Below, piece after piece: positions 17,431 through 26,926 of a stretch of 64,000 nt of DNA. The position numbers were made by a program, and so were the translations under genes. The DNA lies in assembly GCA_964513645.1 (NCBI GenBank), contig CAZENF010000003.1:127914-191913 (forward strand). The letters are read 5' to 3'. The stretch's first letter is position 1, and every line of letters begins with the position of its first letter. Under the pieces are notes generated by a model that ran no database searches, had not been told where the DNA came from, and saw nothing but the letters and a program-made list of their open reading frames with translations. The stretch is from an uncultured Candidatus Saccharibacteria bacterium. Lineage in GTDB: Bacteria; Patescibacteriota; Minisyncoccia; 2-02-FULL-40-12; GWA2-44-9.

Positions 17431-18801
17431 GTGGAAACACAGGCCAGAACGGTACAGGAATTTTTTGATCTTTCCAAGATAGGACCCTTCAGCGATGACG
17501 AAGTTTCGATGATGCTCGAAGCCATTTTTAAGAAGATAAATGTCAGTTTTGCCAAGAACGAGGAAGTTCCGAAAACTATCCTTGTCGATCTGTTCGGTAC
17601 CCAGAAATCGATGAAAACTTCGGTTACGGGCAAGGTAGAGCAGGTTTTCAGGCGTCACGGATTCAAAGTATTTTGTCCGCCGGAAACAGCGGAACATGAG
17701 GGTATCCGAAGTCTCGATACGGATAATCCGGTTGTGGAACAGGCCAAGCATCTTAACGGCGTAAGGGCACAGGCATTGTATATGGCGAGACACCCGCGTG
17801 TCCATTTCGGTATGACCAGTCGCGGGCTCATCGATATGCTCTATTGGTATAAAAAAGGACTCAAAAAGGGAACCTACAGCCCGGCTCACGTGGAAAGTAT
17901 AAAGAACGAAGTTGTTGAACTTCTCCAGCTTCAGCTGGTTGACGCATTTTTCTTTTTCACCTGTTCAGTTGAGACTGTTATGAGGCGGGAATATGACGGC
18001 TCGCTGACTCAAAGGCGCGGCTCAAAAATGAACGAGAAGGATGTTGCCGATACCATCGGACTTTATAATGAAGTTCTGGCCGAGATCGAAGAAAGTGTTC
18101 CCGGTCTGCCGATATTCCATATCGATACTTCAGAAATGGATTTGCGCCAGGCCGGCCAGGAAGTTCTTCGGTATCTTCTGCCGACGATTTGCCGGCGGTT
18201 CGGCATTCCCGACTATTCCTACATGCCTTATTTACCGACGTTGGTTCAGCGCCGGGCCCGGCATTCGGATTATTTTGAGGAACAGCTTAAGCTTTCCGGC
18301 CATCCGGATCTCGACCGCTTGTTCAAGGCCGGCTGGGTTTATGTAAAAGAAACTCATGAAGAAGATACTTACTTCAATCCCGATAAGAACAAGGGAGAAG
18401 TTGTTCCTTCAGGAGAAACGATGCGTCTTCGATGTGATTATGATGGGACCAAATTTATGTATAAAGGCGAGCGTGAGGACATGATGTTCTCTCACTGTCG
18501 CCCGGTGACCTTCAAGGTCAATGCCGAAGAGATCAAAAAGATACAGGAAACATATCCTGCCATTGCATATATATTCAAAGAACGGAAGCATTATCGTAAA
18601 CAAGGTTCGACCGGTGACGGGCACTTCTTCAGTCTCCACCTGGACCGGGTCAGAGGTCTCGGCCTATTTACCGAGATCCGCGCCCGCGGTTCAGACGGAG
18701 CAACGCATGCCGAAGAAATGCTTAAACTGGCCGGCGAACTTGGCTTCACATTGAGCGATGTCCTGGAAGGCAACTATCTTTCCATGGTTTTTAAAAAGTA
18801 A
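17431..18801 (+). CDS. Fusion of NMP/thymidylate kinase-like P-loop domain and CYTH (class IV adenylate cyclase/triphosphatase-like) domain
   Basis: N-half DLFGTQKSMKTS, SRGLID, IDTS; C-half EEQLK, EEDTYF, MRLR, YKG, KERKHY, LDRVRGLGLFTEI. Confidence 0.65.
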   Translation: METQARTVQEFFDLSKIGPFSDDEVSMMLEAIFKKINVSFAKNEEVPKTILVDLFGTQKSMKTSVTGKVEQVFRRHGFKVFCPPETAEHEGIRSLDTDNPVVEQAKHLNGVRAQALYMARHPRVHFGMTSRGLIDMLYWYKKGLKKGTYSPAHVESIKNEVVELLQLQLVDAFFFFTCSVETVMRREYDGSLTQRRGSKMNEKDVADTIGLYNEVLAEIEESVPGLPIFHIDTSEMDLRQAGQEVLRYLLPTICRRFGIPDYSYMPYLPTLVQRRARHSDYFEEQLKLSGHPDLDRLFKAGWVYVKETHEEDTYFNPDKNKGEVVPSGETMRLRCDYDGTKFMYKGEREDMMFSHCRPVTFKVNAEEIKKIQETYPAIAYIFKERKHYRKQGSTGDGHFFSLHLDRVRGLGLFTEIRARGSDGATHAEEMLKLAGELGFTLSDVLEGNYLSMVFKK

Positions 18802-18893
18802 ACTCCCTTCGGGGAGTTTTAAATTACAAGCATAAACCCTCGGCTAAAGTCGGGGTTTATGCTTGTAACAAAAAGCGGCAGTAATGCCGCTTT
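18800..18893. terminator. Three tandem hairpins between convergent genes
   Basis: 18800-18820, 18824-18868 (16-bp outer stem) and 18872-18893. Confidence 0.7.
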
Positions 18894-19248
18894 AAGCTTT
18901 GACCAAATTTCGATCAGTATGCACTGTCGATGTGACGAGGTCCTTTAAAAGGATCCTCTCATGTTTAAAATAACCTTTCCAAAACCTTACAAGGTCTCCC
19001 GTCTGGAAATCTAAATTATCCCAATCTATGAACTCATAGTTCTTGTTATCTACTGTAATTTGAACTATATTTTGACCCCCTGAACGCCAAGTGTTGGCTA
19101 CACTAGTTGTGACCTGTTCATCTCTGAAGTGGTTGCCGAGTGAATATTCGGCTGTTAAATTGAAGGCCAATACCACAAAAGCAAGAACAGGAAGAACTGA
19201 TAAAAAGATGTATGGGAATGGCATCTCCTGATACCTTAATGTTGTCAA
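18892..19248 (-). CDS. Hypothetical membrane-anchored protein
   Basis: 118-aa ORF with N-terminal hydrophobic helix ending at a terminator; start uncertain. Confidence 0.5.
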   Translation of the reverse strand: MTTLRYQEMPFPYIFLSVLPVLAFVVLAFNLTAEYSLGNHFRDEQVTTSVANTWRSGGQNIVQITVDNKNYEFIDWDNLDFQTGDLVRFWKGYFKHERILLKDLVTSTVHTDRNLVKA

Positions 19249-19310
19249 AAAGCTTTTCTAAATTATTATAAGCAATTATTCGTGTCAAGCCACCGAACCA
19301 TAACGTTTGT

Positions 19311-19339
19311 TTGACTTTATTTACAAAATATTATATAAT
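19311..19339 (+). promoter_or_regulatory. Sigma70-type promoter of the pilus operon
   Basis: TTGACT-17 nt-TATAAT. Confidence 0.6.
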
Positions 19340-19383
19340 ATGTAATTGATTTATATCCGCTTTAGTGTAAGATTAACCGACTA

Positions 19384-20598
19384 ATGTCTAACACTCATAA
19401 AAAGAAAATAGATGCCGAGTTGTCCAAAGGCCGGAGTGTATCCATAATCAACTTGGTTGCCGCTCTTATCGGCTATGCCAACAGTATTAAGGCGTCTGAT
19501 ATCCATATCGACCCCAAGGAAAAAATGCTAAAAATCAGATTCAGGATCGACGGGGTTCTGAAAGATATTTACGACCTGCCGAAAGAGATACATCCAGAAA
19601 TAATCGGACGCATTAAGATACTTTCAAACTTACGGACCGATGAGCACCAAATGACCCAGGACGGTAGGTTCAGGATAAATGCAGACGATATTGAAAATAT
19701 CGATATCCGGGTTGCTATCAGTCCGGCTTATCATGGTGAAAGTGCGGTTCTTCGTCTTCTGACGGATAAAGCGGATCAGTTCAGTCTGGCCAATCTCGGC
19801 TTCAATGAAGAGAATCAGAGAAAAATTCTCGAAGCCGTCAAAAAACCTTACGGAATGATCCTGGCCACCGGTCCGACGGGCTCGGGCAAAACCACCACTC
19901 TCTATACCATCTTAAAACTTTTAAATACCAGAGATGTCGCCATCATTACTATTGAGGACCCTATCGAATATGCCATCGACAATATCAGACAAATCCCGGT
20001 CAACACCAGGACCGGCCTGACTTTTCATACCGGTTTGCGTTCAATTTTGAGACAGGATCCGGATATTATAATGGTAGGTGAGATACGCGACCAGGAAACT
20101 GCGGGCCTCGCGGTTAATACCGCTTTGACCGGCCATCTTTTACTTTCAACTCTTCACACCAATGATTCGGCCACAACTTTGCCCCGGCTTTTGGATATGA
20201 AGATCGAGCCCTATTTGGTTGCCTCAACGGTCAACATCGCTTTAGGCCAGAGACTTGTCAGAAAGATATGTGAAAATTGCAAAAAGCAATACAAGATGAC
20301 CGAAGCCGAGCTCAAAAGCCTGAACGGTATGGCTGCCAAGCTTACTGAAAAAGATTTCTATAAGGGCGCCGGCTGTGATAAGTGTAATCTGACCGGGTAT
20401 GAGGACCGGGTCGGCATACATGAAGTAATGCTTATCGATGCGGATATCCGGGAAGCTATCCTCAAAAAGGAATCTGCGGATACCATCAAGAAAATCGCGA
20501 TAAAAAATGGTATGAAAACGATGATCGAGGACGGTTTTGAAAAGGCCGCCCTGGGCATTACAACCATTGCCGAAGTTTTAAGGGTTATTCACGAGTAA
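19384..20598 (+). CDS. pilB: Type IV pilus/T2SS assembly ATPase (PilB/GspE family), no N-terminal extension
   Basis: ASDIHIDP, RFRIDG, QDGR, GPTGSGKTTT, IEDPIEY, LRQDPD, GEIRD, TGHL..STLH, CxxC...CxxC. Confidence 0.88.
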   Translation: MSNTHKKKIDAELSKGRSVSIINLVAALIGYANSIKASDIHIDPKEKMLKIRFRIDGVLKDIYDLPKEIHPEIIGRIKILSNLRTDEHQMTQDGRFRINADDIENIDIRVAISPAYHGESAVLRLLTDKADQFSLANLGFNEENQRKILEAVKKPYGMILATGPTGSGKTTTLYTILKLLNTRDVAIITIEDPIEYAIDNIRQIPVNTRTGLTFHTGLRSILRQDPDIIMVGEIRDQETAGLAVNTALTGHLLLSTLHTNDSATTLPRLLDMKIEPYLVASTVNIALGQRLVRKICENCKKQYKMTEAELKSLNGMAAKLTEKDFYKGAGCDKCNLTGYEDRVGIHEVMLIDADIREAILKKESADTIKKIAIKNGMKTMIEDGFEKAALGITTIAEVLRVIHE

Positions 20599-20607
20599 TT
20601 ATGTACT

Positions 20608-21678
20608 ATGGAACTGACTACCTATTTCAAAAACAGATTGCCGCTTAAGGATCAGGTTGCTTTTACCAAGCGCCTTGCTTTTCTGGTCCGGGCCGATGTA
20701 CCGATACTTGAAAGTTTGAGGATGATGCATAAACAGACCCGTTCCAAGTCTCGGGCTGAGATAATCGACCACATCATCCAGGATGTTTCAAACGGCCAGT
20801 ATCTTGCCGACAGTTTGGCCAAGTTCCGGAATACTTTCGGTGATTTTGCCATCAATATCATCCGGGTCGGTGAAGAAGGCGGAATTCTCGACCAAAATCT
20901 CGAGTACCTGGCCGAAGAACTCTACAAAAGACAAGAGCTTAAGAAAAAAATAATCGGCGCTCTCATTTATCCGGCTTTTATAACCATCTCGACTTTGGGT
21001 GTCAGTGGTTTCGTTACGGCCTATGTTTTTCCGAAAATAATGCCGATATTCAAAAGTATGGGCACTACTCTGCCGGTTACTACTCGCGCCCTGATATTTG
21101 TAAGCGGCTTCATTATCCATTATGGTATTTTAACTCTGTTCGGTCTGGTCATCGCCGGATTCATATGCTTTATGGCTTATAAAAAAAATAAGGCCTTTAA
21201 TTATGCGGCCAGTCACGCCATGATGAAAATGCCTGTCTGGGGAAACTTGATCCAAAACTACTATATGGCCAATTTTGCCCGGACTTTGGGACTTCTTTTA
21301 AACTGTCAGATGAATATAATTACCGCTGCCAGGATAACCGCCGATTCTACCCCGAACCTTATATATAAACACAGAATCTATGAACTGGCCGACGAAATCT
21401 CACGCGGTCGTAAAATATCACAATACCTCGAAACACAGGCAAACCTTTTTCCCGAAATGGTTCCCCAGATGATCGCCATTGGCGAAACGACCGGCAGTTT
21501 GGGTAACACTTTGATCTATCTGAGTGATTACTACGAGAAAGAGGTTAACGAAATAACTAAGAATCTCTCAAGTTCAATTGAACCCATCCTTCTGGTTTGT
21601 GTCGGGGTTATCGTCGGATTCATTGCGGTTTCAGTCATTACTCCTATCTATCAGCTCACGCAAAATATCCATCCGTAA
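20608..21678 (+). CDS. pilC: Type IV pilus inner-membrane platform protein (PilC/GspF family)
   Basis: Two T2SSF repeats (VGEEGG.L, IGETTG.L), ALIYP, IEP motifs. Confidence 0.88.
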   Translation: MELTTYFKNRLPLKDQVAFTKRLAFLVRADVPILESLRMMHKQTRSKSRAEIIDHIIQDVSNGQYLADSLAKFRNTFGDFAINIIRVGEEGGILDQNLEYLAEELYKRQELKKKIIGALIYPAFITISTLGVSGFVTAYVFPKIMPIFKSMGTTLPVTTRALIFVSGFIIHYGILTLFGLVIAGFICFMAYKKNKAFNYAASHAMMKMPVWGNLIQNYYMANFARTLGLLLNCQMNIITAARITADSTPNLIYKHRIYELADEISRGRKISQYLETQANLFPEMVPQMIAIGETTGSLGNTLIYLSDYYEKEVNEITKNLSSSIEPILLVCVGVIVGFIAVSVITPIYQLTQNIHP

Positions 21679-21688
21679 AGTTCAGTCC

Positions 21689-22117
21689 ATGAATGAAAAA
21701 GGTTTTACATTTATTGAAACTCTGGTCGTTGTTGTTATCTTTTCTTTTATTCTGGGTCTCGGATTTTTTATGAGCCAGGATCTTTATCGTTCCACTTCCT
21801 TTAATTCTGACACCCAGGCCATTGCTGCCGCTTTTGAGAGGGCACGGACCCAATCTTTGGACAATATCGACCAGAAACCTCACGGCGTTGTCTTAACCTC
21901 CGGCAATTATGTTATCTTCGAGGGCGCGGTTTACAATCCAAGCGATCCAAATAATTACTCTATTTCCGGCAATCCGAATTTTACTTTTACCGGTCCAACC
22001 CAGATTGTTTTTACCCAGCTTACGGGACAATCAAATGCCAGCGGCAGTTTAGTCATTCTTGACGGTTCCAAATCAGCTACCATATCTTTTAATTTTGAAG
22101 GAAGGATAAACTGGTAA
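21689..22117 (+). CDS. Type IV pilin-like protein (minor pilin)
   Basis: Prepilin motif KG-FTFIE followed by a hydrophobic helix. Confidence 0.85.
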   Translation: MNEKGFTFIETLVVVVIFSFILGLGFFMSQDLYRSTSFNSDTQAIAAAFERARTQSLDNIDQKPHGVVLTSGNYVIFEGAVYNPSDPNNYSISGNPNFTFTGPTQIVFTQLTGQSNASGSLVILDGSKSATISFNFEGRINW

Positions 22118-23620
22118 ATGAAAAAATATTCAAAACAAAAAGGTTTCAGCACCATCGAGATCTCAGTCGCTCTCCTCATCATCACAGTAGGTTTGACCGC
22201 GGCTACTTTAGTCATTTTTGGCGGTCGGTCTTTTTCCTCGGATTCCGGACTCGATAACGAAGCATTATATAAAGCTCAGAGACAAATAGAGGATGCGAGG
22301 GCCTCGGCCCGGGCAAGTTTCGGTTCGGTCATTTCAAGCTCGAGCAACGACGGAATATATTTTAAAGAGGTCGTGGTTTCATCCGGTAGCCAGCCCTACA
22401 GCAAGAACGTCATTAGCCGGATTAGCTGGACGGCTCCTGGTCCGAGGTCTGAAAAGATCGAACTATCGACAACTTTAAGCGATTGGAAAAACGCTCTGGT
22501 CAAAAATCAGCCGTGTCTGACGCCTTTGTCGGGCGATTGGCAGCATCCGCAGATGGCTTTCTATGAATTCGGCAAAGATCTTCTTGGCGACTCTTCAAGC
22601 GGTTACCCTTTGACCGGGATTACCGTCCTGAACTCTAAGTTGTATGTTACTGTCAACAACACCAACGGTAATAATTTTCCGAGTCTTTTCATCTTTGATG
22701 TCTCAAAACCGGGCGTTAAACCGGCTCTTTTAACCAGTGCCGATAATGATCCGGGGGTAAAATCGGGCCTGAATGCCATAACGGTCAACGGCAATTATGC
22801 TTATGTCGCAAACGCCAACAATCCAAATTTTTCGACTTGCGCTACTTGCGGACAATTGCAAATATTCGACATCAGTAAAACGCCGCCCCAGGTCATAGAT
22901 ACTTTCAAGGTCCCCGGGGTGACCGGTAAGAACGGACAATCTATCGGTACCAGTATTTTTTATAAGGGCGGGATAGTTTATCTGGGTTTGGCGAAAACTC
23001 CCGATGGAGCAACGGGGGACACCGAATTTAATTTAATAGATGTTGGTGGCGGAGGACACGGCGGTAGTCCGACAAGCCCGGTTTTTCTCGGCGGCTACCA
23101 GGTCGGTAACGGGGTCAATGCGATATATGCTAAAGGCAAATATGCCTACATTGCAACGCCCAACAGCGAAAATATGACCATCTTGGATGTCAGCGATCCG
23201 ACCCACCCGACGAGAGCTGGCGGCTATTCTCCGGGAATCGGTTCCAACGGCGAGAGTTTGTTTGTCACCGGTTCTACCGTCTATCTTGGTCGGACCTTCG
23301 GCACCAACGAATTTTATATTTTAAATGTCCAGAATCCGGCGAGCATCACTGTTCTGGGTTCCAAAGATATCGGCAGCGGCAGCAGTACGAGTATTAACGG
23401 CGTCGTTTTGCGGAGCAATCTTGCGTTTTTGATAACCAATACCCAGTTCCAGATCTGGAATGTGGCAAATCCGGCGAGCATCACCCAGTGGGCGACACCT
23501 TTGAGTTTGCCGGCCGGCAGCGGCACGACCATCAGTTGTAGTACTGACAATTCCATCTATGTCGGCTCGCTACCTTCAAATGATAAAGGTTTTATCTCGA
23601 TAATTACCCCTGGTCCGTAA
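22118..23620 (+). CDS. Large pilin-like protein with C-terminal LVIVD-like beta-propeller repeats
   Basis: KG-FSTIE N-terminus; repeated GNYAYVA...LQIFDIS.P, KYAYIA...ILDVSDP, FYILNV.NP units. Confidence 0.8.
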   Translation: MKKYSKQKGFSTIEISVALLIITVGLTAATLVIFGGRSFSSDSGLDNEALYKAQRQIEDARASARASFGSVISSSSNDGIYFKEVVVSSGSQPYSKNVISRISWTAPGPRSEKIELSTTLSDWKNALVKNQPCLTPLSGDWQHPQMAFYEFGKDLLGDSSSGYPLTGITVLNSKLYVTVNNTNGNNFPSLFIFDVSKPGVKPALLTSADNDPGVKSGLNAITVNGNYAYVANANNPNFSTCATCGQLQIFDISKTPPQVIDTFKVPGVTGKNGQSIGTSIFYKGGIVYLGLAKTPDGATGDTEFNLIDVGGGGHGGSPTSPVFLGGYQVGNGVNAIYAKGKYAYIATPNSENMTILDVSDPTHPTRAGGYSPGIGSNGESLFVTGSTVYLGRTFGTNEFYILNVQNPASITVLGSKDIGSGSSTSINGVVLRSNLAFLITNTQFQIWNVANPASITQWATPLSLPAGSGTTISCSTDNSIYVGSLPSNDKGFISIITPGP

Positions 23621-23623
23621 ACT

Positions 23624-24091
23624 ATGAAAAAAAACAACGGCTTCAGCCTCATCGAAGTTTTAATATATATCAGCTTGATGTCACTTATCCTGACCGGGGC
23701 TTTGACCTTGTCTTACCAGCTCATCAGTTCAGCCGGTACTTCAAATAAAAATATCATAATTCTGGATGAAGCGAATTTTATGCTCCGAAAAATAAACTGG
23801 GCGATGGACGGGGTGGCGACAATCAATTCACCGGCTGTCGGGGCGAGCGGCCAGACTCTGTCTGTAACCAAAACCGGCGCCGCGAATCCGATAATTTTTG
23901 ATCTTAGTTCCGGAAATTTGAGAATAACCGAGAGCGGGGGAGCAGCGGTAATCCTCAACAGCTCGAGAGTTGTTGTCGCCGGTTTGAATTTTAAGCATTT
24001 TGCCGCCTCGGGCAACAAACCCGAATCGGTCAAAGCAAGTTTTACAGTCAACGGTACTGCGTTCGAAACTACAAAATATTTAAGAAAATAA
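23624..24091 (+). CDS. Type IV pilin-like protein (PilW/GspJ-like)
   Basis: NG-FSLIE prepilin motif. Confidence 0.85.
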   Translation: MKKNNGFSLIEVLIYISLMSLILTGALTLSYQLISSAGTSNKNIIILDEANFMLRKINWAMDGVATINSPAVGASGQTLSVTKTGAANPIIFDLSSGNLRITESGGAAVILNSSRVVVAGLNFKHFAASGNKPESVKASFTVNGTAFETTKYLRK

Positions 24092-24092
24092 A

Positions 24093-24491
24093 ATGAACAG
24101 CCAATCCGGTTTTATCGCGATCATGTCATCCATCATCATTGTTCTGGTCGTAACCACAATGGCTTTTGCTTTGGGCATGCTCGGTTTCTTCAACCGTTTT
24201 AATATTTTGGACAGTCAGCTCAAGGAAACAAGTTTTGCTCTGGCCGAAGCCTGTGGCGATACTGCACTTTTGAATCTGGCTAACAATCCGAACTATACTC
24301 CGGTCAATGAGGTCGTCTCTTTCGGTTCAGAACAGTGTACCATTGTATCTTTGCAGTCGGATACTCCGGCTATCAATCAGACCACTATCAAAACCAAAGC
24401 GGTCGAAAATACCTCCGTATCGAACATCCAAATCGTCGTTAATTCCGATGACCTCTCGGTGATTACCTGGCAGGAAATACCTACTCTTTAA
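24093..24491 (+). CDS. PilX/GspK-like minor pilin
   Basis: SG-FIAIM (no E5), ALAEAC motif. Confidence 0.7.
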   Translation: MNSQSGFIAIMSSIIIVLVVTTMAFALGMLGFFNRFNILDSQLKETSFALAEACGDTALLNLANNPNYTPVNEVVSFGSEQCTIVSLQSDTPAINQTTIKTKAVENTSVSNIQIVVNSDDLSVITWQEIPTL

Positions 24492-24538
24492 TGCCTTTTT
24501 AAGTCGACCTCTTAAAGGTTTTTGTGTTTCGACACAGC

Positions 24539-24567
24539 TTGACAAAATAGTCAAAGTATAATATTAT
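24539..24567 (+). promoter_or_regulatory. Sigma70-type promoter of the glycan locus with an overlapping TTGAC-N6-GTCAA palindrome
   Basis: TTGACA-17 nt-TATTAT; inverted repeat at 24539-24554. Confidence 0.55.
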
Positions 24568-24614
24568 ATGACTGGTATCTAAGCTTTATAGTTCGCTTAG
24601 TTTCTAAGTGACAA

Positions 24615-25061
24615 ATGACTAAAAATCCCATAAAATACTGGCTCTTTGGCGTGGTCTGTTTAGCCGTTCTTGCAGGTCTGACTTATCACGAAAAAACCGC
24701 CTTGGCGGAATGGATGTACAGGTATGATCTTCTGCCCAAGCCGGAATTTTTTACCGAATTATATTTTAATACTTATCCCAAATTCAAGGATATCGTCACC
24801 AATGGACAGCAGATATCATTTTCATTTACCATTGCCAACCATGAGGAATCGGAGCAGACCTATACTTACGAGGTCTGGTTCAGGGCCAGCGCCAACAATG
24901 AGATAAAGATAGCCAAAGGAGATGCGGATATTTCGCCCGGAGAATCCCAAACCATAAAGATCAATTATACCTTTGAACAGTTCGGATTATCAAAAAGTTC
25001 CATTGTTGTCAGAATACCTGAATCCGGAAGGGAGATACATTTCTTTCTGGGCCCGGTTTAA
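24615..25061 (+). CDS. DUF1616-like membrane-anchored protein
   Basis: TM then PEFFTELYF...FTIANHE....YTYEV...EIHF. Confidence 0.55.
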   Translation: MTKNPIKYWLFGVVCLAVLAGLTYHEKTALAEWMYRYDLLPKPEFFTELYFNTYPKFKDIVTNGQQISFSFTIANHEESEQTYTYEVWFRASANNEIKIAKGDADISPGESQTIKINYTFEQFGLSKSSIVVRIPESGREIHFFLGPV

Positions 25062-25071
25062 ATAAAAAATA

Positions 25072-26925
25072 ATGGCGTCAATCAAAAGAAAAAAAATAAC
25101 CGCCCTTATTCCTTGCTATAACGAAGCCGGAGGTATTGCTGCGGTCATCAATAATTTTCCGTTTGATAAAATTGATTATCAGGGTTTTGACCTCGAGATA
25201 GTTGTTATCGATAACAATTCGAGCGATTCGACTCCGAATATCGCACGTTCGCTCGGCGTAACCGTTCTCCATGAACCGATAAAAGGCAAAGGCAATGCGA
25301 TGCGCCGGGGTTTTAATTACGCCTTATCAAATCACGCCGATTATATCGTCATGCTCGATGGCGACGATACTTACCGTTCAAAAGAAATTTTAAGACTTAT
25401 CGAACCTTTGGATTCCGGTTTTTGCGACGTGGTTGTCGGCTCACGTTTGGGAGGACGTATTCATGATGGCTCGATGACGACTTTTAACAGGATGGGCAAC
25501 TGGGTGTTCTCTCATCTTGTCCGATATTTTTATCAGGTTAACGTAACCGATGTTCTCACCGGTTATTTTGCCTGGACCAAAAAAGCTTTGAAACATCTCG
25601 CCCCGAATCTCAAATCGCAGGGTTTTGCCATTGAAATGGAAATGGTCACTAAAATGGCGCGTCTCGGAGAGGAAATTTACTCTGTACCCATCTCATACGA
25701 TAAACGTGCCGGTGAGACCAACCTTAATCCAGTCTATGACGGTGCCAGGATACTTTGGATGTTTGCCAAAAATCTTGTTTGGAATGCTCCGTTGCAGTCG
25801 GTTCAGCGTATCGTTTTTGTTTCCGATGCCATCATGCCTTATAACAAAGGTGGGAAAGAGCGTCGTCTCTATGAAATAACCAAACGTCTCGTCAGGGAAG
25901 GACGCGAGGTACATATCTATACTATGAAATGGTGGGACGGGCCGTTCATCATTGAACACAACGGAGTATATTTCCATGCCATCTCGAAACTATATCCTTT
26001 ATACAACGGAGGCCACCGCTCGATAAAACAAGCTATCATGTTCGGTCTGGCCACTTTCAAACTTATCTTCGTTGATTTCGATGTTCTCGATGTCGACCAT
26101 ATGCCGTTCTTCCCGCTTTTCAGTGCGAGAATAGTAACCTGGTTAAAGGGTAAAAAACTTCAGGCCACCTGGCATGAGGTCTGGGGCTATAACTACTGGA
26201 TGCACTATTTAAAGGGCCTGAGTGGATTTATCGGATACATTATAGAGAGAACATCTCTTTTAATGCCGGATACAATTATTTCAAACTCGGAACACACTAC
26301 CGGCCGTCTTAAATCGGCGGGATTTAACGGTATCATCCAAACCATTCCCTTAGGAGTGGATGTTCCGAGAATAAAATCAGTCAAGAAAGCAAGCGACAAA
26401 AGCGATGTCATCTTTGTCGGGCGTTTGCTCGAGAATAAGAATGCGGATCTTCTGGTCAAAGCCATTGCTCTCGTTAAATACATCTATCCGAATGTCATCT
26501 GTAAGATCGTCGGTGACGGACCGGAAAAAGATAATATCGAAGGTCTTATCCGCAGACTTGGTCTCGAACAAAATATCCACATCACGTCTTTTGTTGCGGA
26601 AAGCGACGAGCTTTATTCTTTGATGAAGGCCTCTAAGATGCTGGTCTTGCCCTCTATCCGGGAAGGTTTTGGTCTGGTTGTGGTTGAGGCAAATGCGGCC
26701 GGCATCCCTGTTATCACCACATCTCACGAGGATAACGCTGCCCGGCACCTCATTCAGGAAGGCAGCAACGGTCTTCTGGCCGATGCAAGCATGAGAAGTA
26801 TTGCTGAAAAAATAATCAAAATAATGAGGAATGAAAATAAAATGCAGCCCAAAAAAGATATAGAGAAATATGACTGGCCTGTCGTGGTCCAACGAGTGGA
26901 ACAGGTTATAGGGCCGATGCCGTAA
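25072..26925 (+). CDS. GT2 (Dpm1-like) + GT4 glycosyltransferase fusion
   Basis: IPCYNE, DNNSSD, DGDDTY, GSR, GFAIEME; then GGKERR, VGRL..NKN, REGFGLVVVEANAAG. Confidence 0.88.
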   Translation: MASIKRKKITALIPCYNEAGGIAAVINNFPFDKIDYQGFDLEIVVIDNNSSDSTPNIARSLGVTVLHEPIKGKGNAMRRGFNYALSNHADYIVMLDGDDTYRSKEILRLIEPLDSGFCDVVVGSRLGGRIHDGSMTTFNRMGNWVFSHLVRYFYQVNVTDVLTGYFAWTKKALKHLAPNLKSQGFAIEMEMVTKMARLGEEIYSVPISYDKRAGETNLNPVYDGARILWMFAKNLVWNAPLQSVQRIVFVSDAIMPYNKGGKERRLYEITKRLVREGREVHIYTMKWWDGPFIIEHNGVYFHAISKLYPLYNGGHRSIKQAIMFGLATFKLIFVDFDVLDVDHMPFFPLFSARIVTWLKGKKLQATWHEVWGYNYWMHYLKGLSGFIGYIIERTSLLMPDTIISNSEHTTGRLKSAGFNGIIQTIPLGVDVPRIKSVKKASDKSDVIFVGRLLENKNADLLVKAIALVKYIYPNVICKIVGDGPEKDNIEGLIRRLGLEQNIHITSFVAESDELYSLMKASKMLVLPSIREGFGLVVVEANAAGIPVITTSHEDNAARHLIQEGSNGLLADASMRSIAEKIIKIMRNENKMQPKKDIEKYDWPVVVQRVEQVIGPMP

Positions 26926-26926
26926 A

